Source: Phoronis australis (taxonomy: Eukaryota; Animalia; Phoronida). From it: a stretch of DNA of 64,000 nucleotides. This document shows, piece by piece, positions 61,701-64,000 of the stretch. Both the position numbers and the translations under genes were made by a program. Below the pieces are notes generated by a model. That model saw only the letters and a program-made list of their open reading frames with translations. It was not told the DNA's origin and did not search any database. Within the stretch, counting starts at the first letter, position 1. Each line of letters opens with the position of its first letter. Location of the stretch: positions 1,846,403 to 1,910,402 of the forward strand of contig NMRA01000013.1 of NCBI GenBank assembly GCA_002633005.1, in the 5' to 3' direction.

Positions 61701-63687
61701 CTGCTGGAATGTGCCAGAATGTATAAGCCAGGTGCAGATCATTGTCCCTGTACGACCTTTGCCCCCTTTACAGTGCACGGCTATGACATTTTGGTCGTCT
61801 GCTTGCATCCATTCCTCCACATCTTTGACAAACTTTATCATGTCCCTGGCAAACGAATACTCAGTGAATACTAGTATCCCTGTGTCTACAGTGCTCATTA
61901 TACAAAACAACAACCAAATGAATATAACAAGCTTCTAATGAATGCCTGGGTGACAATTATAATTATCAGATATGCATCAGACCTGGCTTCCATCACAGAC
62001 AAGCCTATCAGAGACCCAGCTTTTACTTATCAGGTCAAAACTACAATAACGACAAACACTAAAGATTAAAATAAAATTCTTTAATTTTAGCCAATCTTCC
62101 ACTCCAAGGCCACAGCTGACAGTTCTAACTACACTATGTTGTCCTCGTGGATATTCAAACCTGCAGCTGCAAAGCATACACGATTCCTCCAGGATATAAA
62201 AAATCAAGGTATAAATTTGAAATTAAACACAAAAGTCGTAGTGAGGGCAATCATCGGGACACATACAACTTGGAACAGGTGGTATCTGTTGACCAGTCGA
62301 TGTTCATAATTCATGAAACAGACCAGTCAATGGACTTCTTCAGCACTGCAACATGACTAAATCATTTGAAAATTAGCCGGAAATTTTTGCTTCGAGATTT
62401 TGTTTATTTTTGAAGAGAAGAAATATGGTCAACTTTTTTGAAAATTACATTTTTGATGAAAGTTGAATAGCACAAAATGTGCTAAAATGAAGAAAAACTC
62501 TCTCAAGACCACTGATGCACAAATACTCTATTCTCAACATTGTGTTCTAAAAAGACGAAGCTTAACGGTACTGTATACAAATAGTAAAATAAGAGTCCTT
62601 TTTATCATCATATAGAAAATACCAAGCCTTCCGATAGTTAGCACACAGTGGATACAAGAAAGAACAAACCTCAATGTGGGCACATTGTGGTCATCGATAA
62701 ACACACGTTCGCACTGATTGTTGAACAGCGTTGTATCATACGTTCTTTCACCTGAAACACGTCAGCAAACATTTTATTTAAACGTGCATATACCTTTAGT
62801 CATAAGCAAATCCACAAAAGAAGGAAAAACCGAGTGAATGGAATTCAACAATTTTTAGAATATCTGACGCACCTTTAGAAAGGCAAGAAAAGCTCCTGTA
62901 CAACCTTCACTTGTCCATATTCAATATTCTTCAAATTCAAACTAGAACAATTGCAGCTTTCTATTTCTCAAAAACTCATTGGCTGGGCATCAGTAAGTTT
63001 GCTAAGCAACTCTACAATGAAGAAAAAATGCCCTCTTTTTATTTTTCCCTAGAAATTCCACAGTTACAATAAAATGTGTGTTCTATCACACTAGTTGTCT
63101 TCTAAAGTTGAAGGCGCATTTATAGTGTGACAGATTATTTTCACGGCAATATCCTGACAAAATATTGGACAAAGATTAACAACTCCACAAGAACTAGACA
63201 CTGCTGACTACTCACTGCACAAATTGTAGATTCTGTAGTGACCGGGATATTTGGTATTGAAGAATCGGGCAACCTCCTGTAAAGACCATCAATATCATTC
63301 AGTTTTTCATTGTAGAATATTCGTAATGACCTTTGAAGATATGTTTAATAATGGCAAGATTAACAGCAAGAAAATGAAAGTAACGAAGAAGGAACTGAGA
63401 GATTTGTGAATAATATCATTCCAACAAATTAACACATCATCACTGAGGTGGAGAGTTATTTAGTTGTAACAGTGGTATATTGGTAATTCACCTGTTTAGC
63501 AAAAGATACGGTTTGCTCAAGAATTCCAAACCAACTGCAACGAGTAATGATCATTTGAGCAGTTTGACAGATAAAGATGCAGACACTTATATTTGGGCAC
63601 ACAAGAACTATAGAGCACAAACCCGAATAGGATTTCTGTACACAGCCATCATGCCAGTGGAAGGGAAAGACATGGCGATCACTCTCT
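49724..63687 (-). CDS. TPTE2: TPTE/TPTE2-like voltage-sensing phosphoinositide phosphatase (VSP), phosphatase and C2 domains; 5' part lies beyond the window
   Basis: Exons: 63687-63623 ([17 protein letters not shown]), 63276-63216 (YRIYNLCS), 62751-62670 (IDDHNVP), 61845-61695 ([14 protein letters not shown]), 59076-58996 (FQGVETPSQ), 58436-58331 (SRYVGYY), 52877-52780, 52182-52087, 51731-51661 ([12 protein letters not shown]), 49826-49724 (DNPHKEKTW...TGA). All GT-AG and phase-consistent. HCKGGK and GVETPSQ separate VSP/TPTE from PTEN (HCKAGK, GVTIPSQ). Confidence 0.92.
50483..50993. mobile_element. Family B TIR element, second copy (in the last TPTE intron)
   Basis: Aligns by eye with 12699-13214 over its full length, for example AACATGATCAGCATTTGAC and TGTAAGATATTGGTTACAG. 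Confidence 0.8.
53677..57157 (+). CDS. Secreted olfactomedin-domain protein (signal peptide, PTPS repeats, long coiled coil, OLF domain), about 669 aa, nested in a TPTE intron
   Basis: Exons: 53677-54826 (donor A|GTAAGA), 55957-56031 (75 nt, phase 1-1), 56373-57157; total 2010 nt. OLF motifs [44 protein letters not shown] and [17 protein letters not shown]. Hydrophobic N-terminus [17 protein letters not shown]. Confidence 0.88.
59239..59457. mobile_element. About 220-bp MITE with GGGGCCCATT termini (PIF/Harbinger-like)
   Basis: GGGGCCCATTTTAAGAAACCGACTT mirrors AAGTCAGTTTTCTTGGAATGGGCCCC; internal GACTTAAG repeats. Confidence 0.7.
60015..60673. other. Assembly gap (659 N) within a TPTE intron
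   Basis: Run of N. The flanking exons join in phase 0 to give contiguous VSP-like sequence, so no coding exon needs to be hidden in the gap. Confidence 0.99.
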
Positions 63688-64000
63688 CTGAAAGGATTTA
63701 AAAAAGAAAGTCAAGCTAATGACACACAGTCCCATAGCGATCTTCGGTAAATTCTTCCTACATTTGATGAACCACACTGAAATCCACCGTTTTAATCTTG
63801 ATATACGTTTGCTTTCTTACAACATTCCATTCTACCAAGTCCCAAGCAAACCGTGCTATGCACTATATACAGGTGGATTTGGTTATAGCGAACAATGATT
63901 ACAACAAACGTTCGGAAAAGTCATGGGAAGGGAACTTGGGTCTGATAATTGAATTTGGTTTCTGTGCACCAGCTTCAAGACACATAGTTTTGCTAACTTT

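Noticed and set aside
61695-61845. Assignment as PTEN
   Set aside because: The motif is HCKGGKGR with GVETPSQ and the protein ends right after the C2 domain without a PTEN tail, which fits TPTE/VSP.

Overview
Eukaryotic (metazoan) genomic DNA, AT-rich and full of MITE-like repeats. Gene content and repeat style suggest a marine invertebrate, possibly a lophotrochozoan or mollusc; this is inference only. Six spliced genes were reconstructed by hand from GT-AG junctions with consistent phases. (1) GHDC, a GH3-domain protein, minus strand, 6 coding exons. (2) FPGT, plus strand, 3 exons, head-to-head with GHDC with the ATGs 203 bp apart. (3) A 98-aa Rab40-derived SOCS-box/CaaX gene, minus strand, with no recognisable GTPase domain. 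(4) An SLC25A15-type mitochondrial ornithine carrier, plus strand, 5 coding exons. (5) The 3' part (10 exons) of a TPTE/VSP voltage-sensing phosphatase, minus strand, tail-to-tail with the carrier. (6) A secreted coiled-coil/olfactomedin gene, plus strand, nested antisense in a TPTE intron. There is an assembly gap at 60015-60673. The best candidates for something new are the GTPase-less Rab40-like microprotein, the nested olfactomedin and an apparently ancient SLC25A15-TPTE gene pair. All family assignments come from motif recognition, not database searches.
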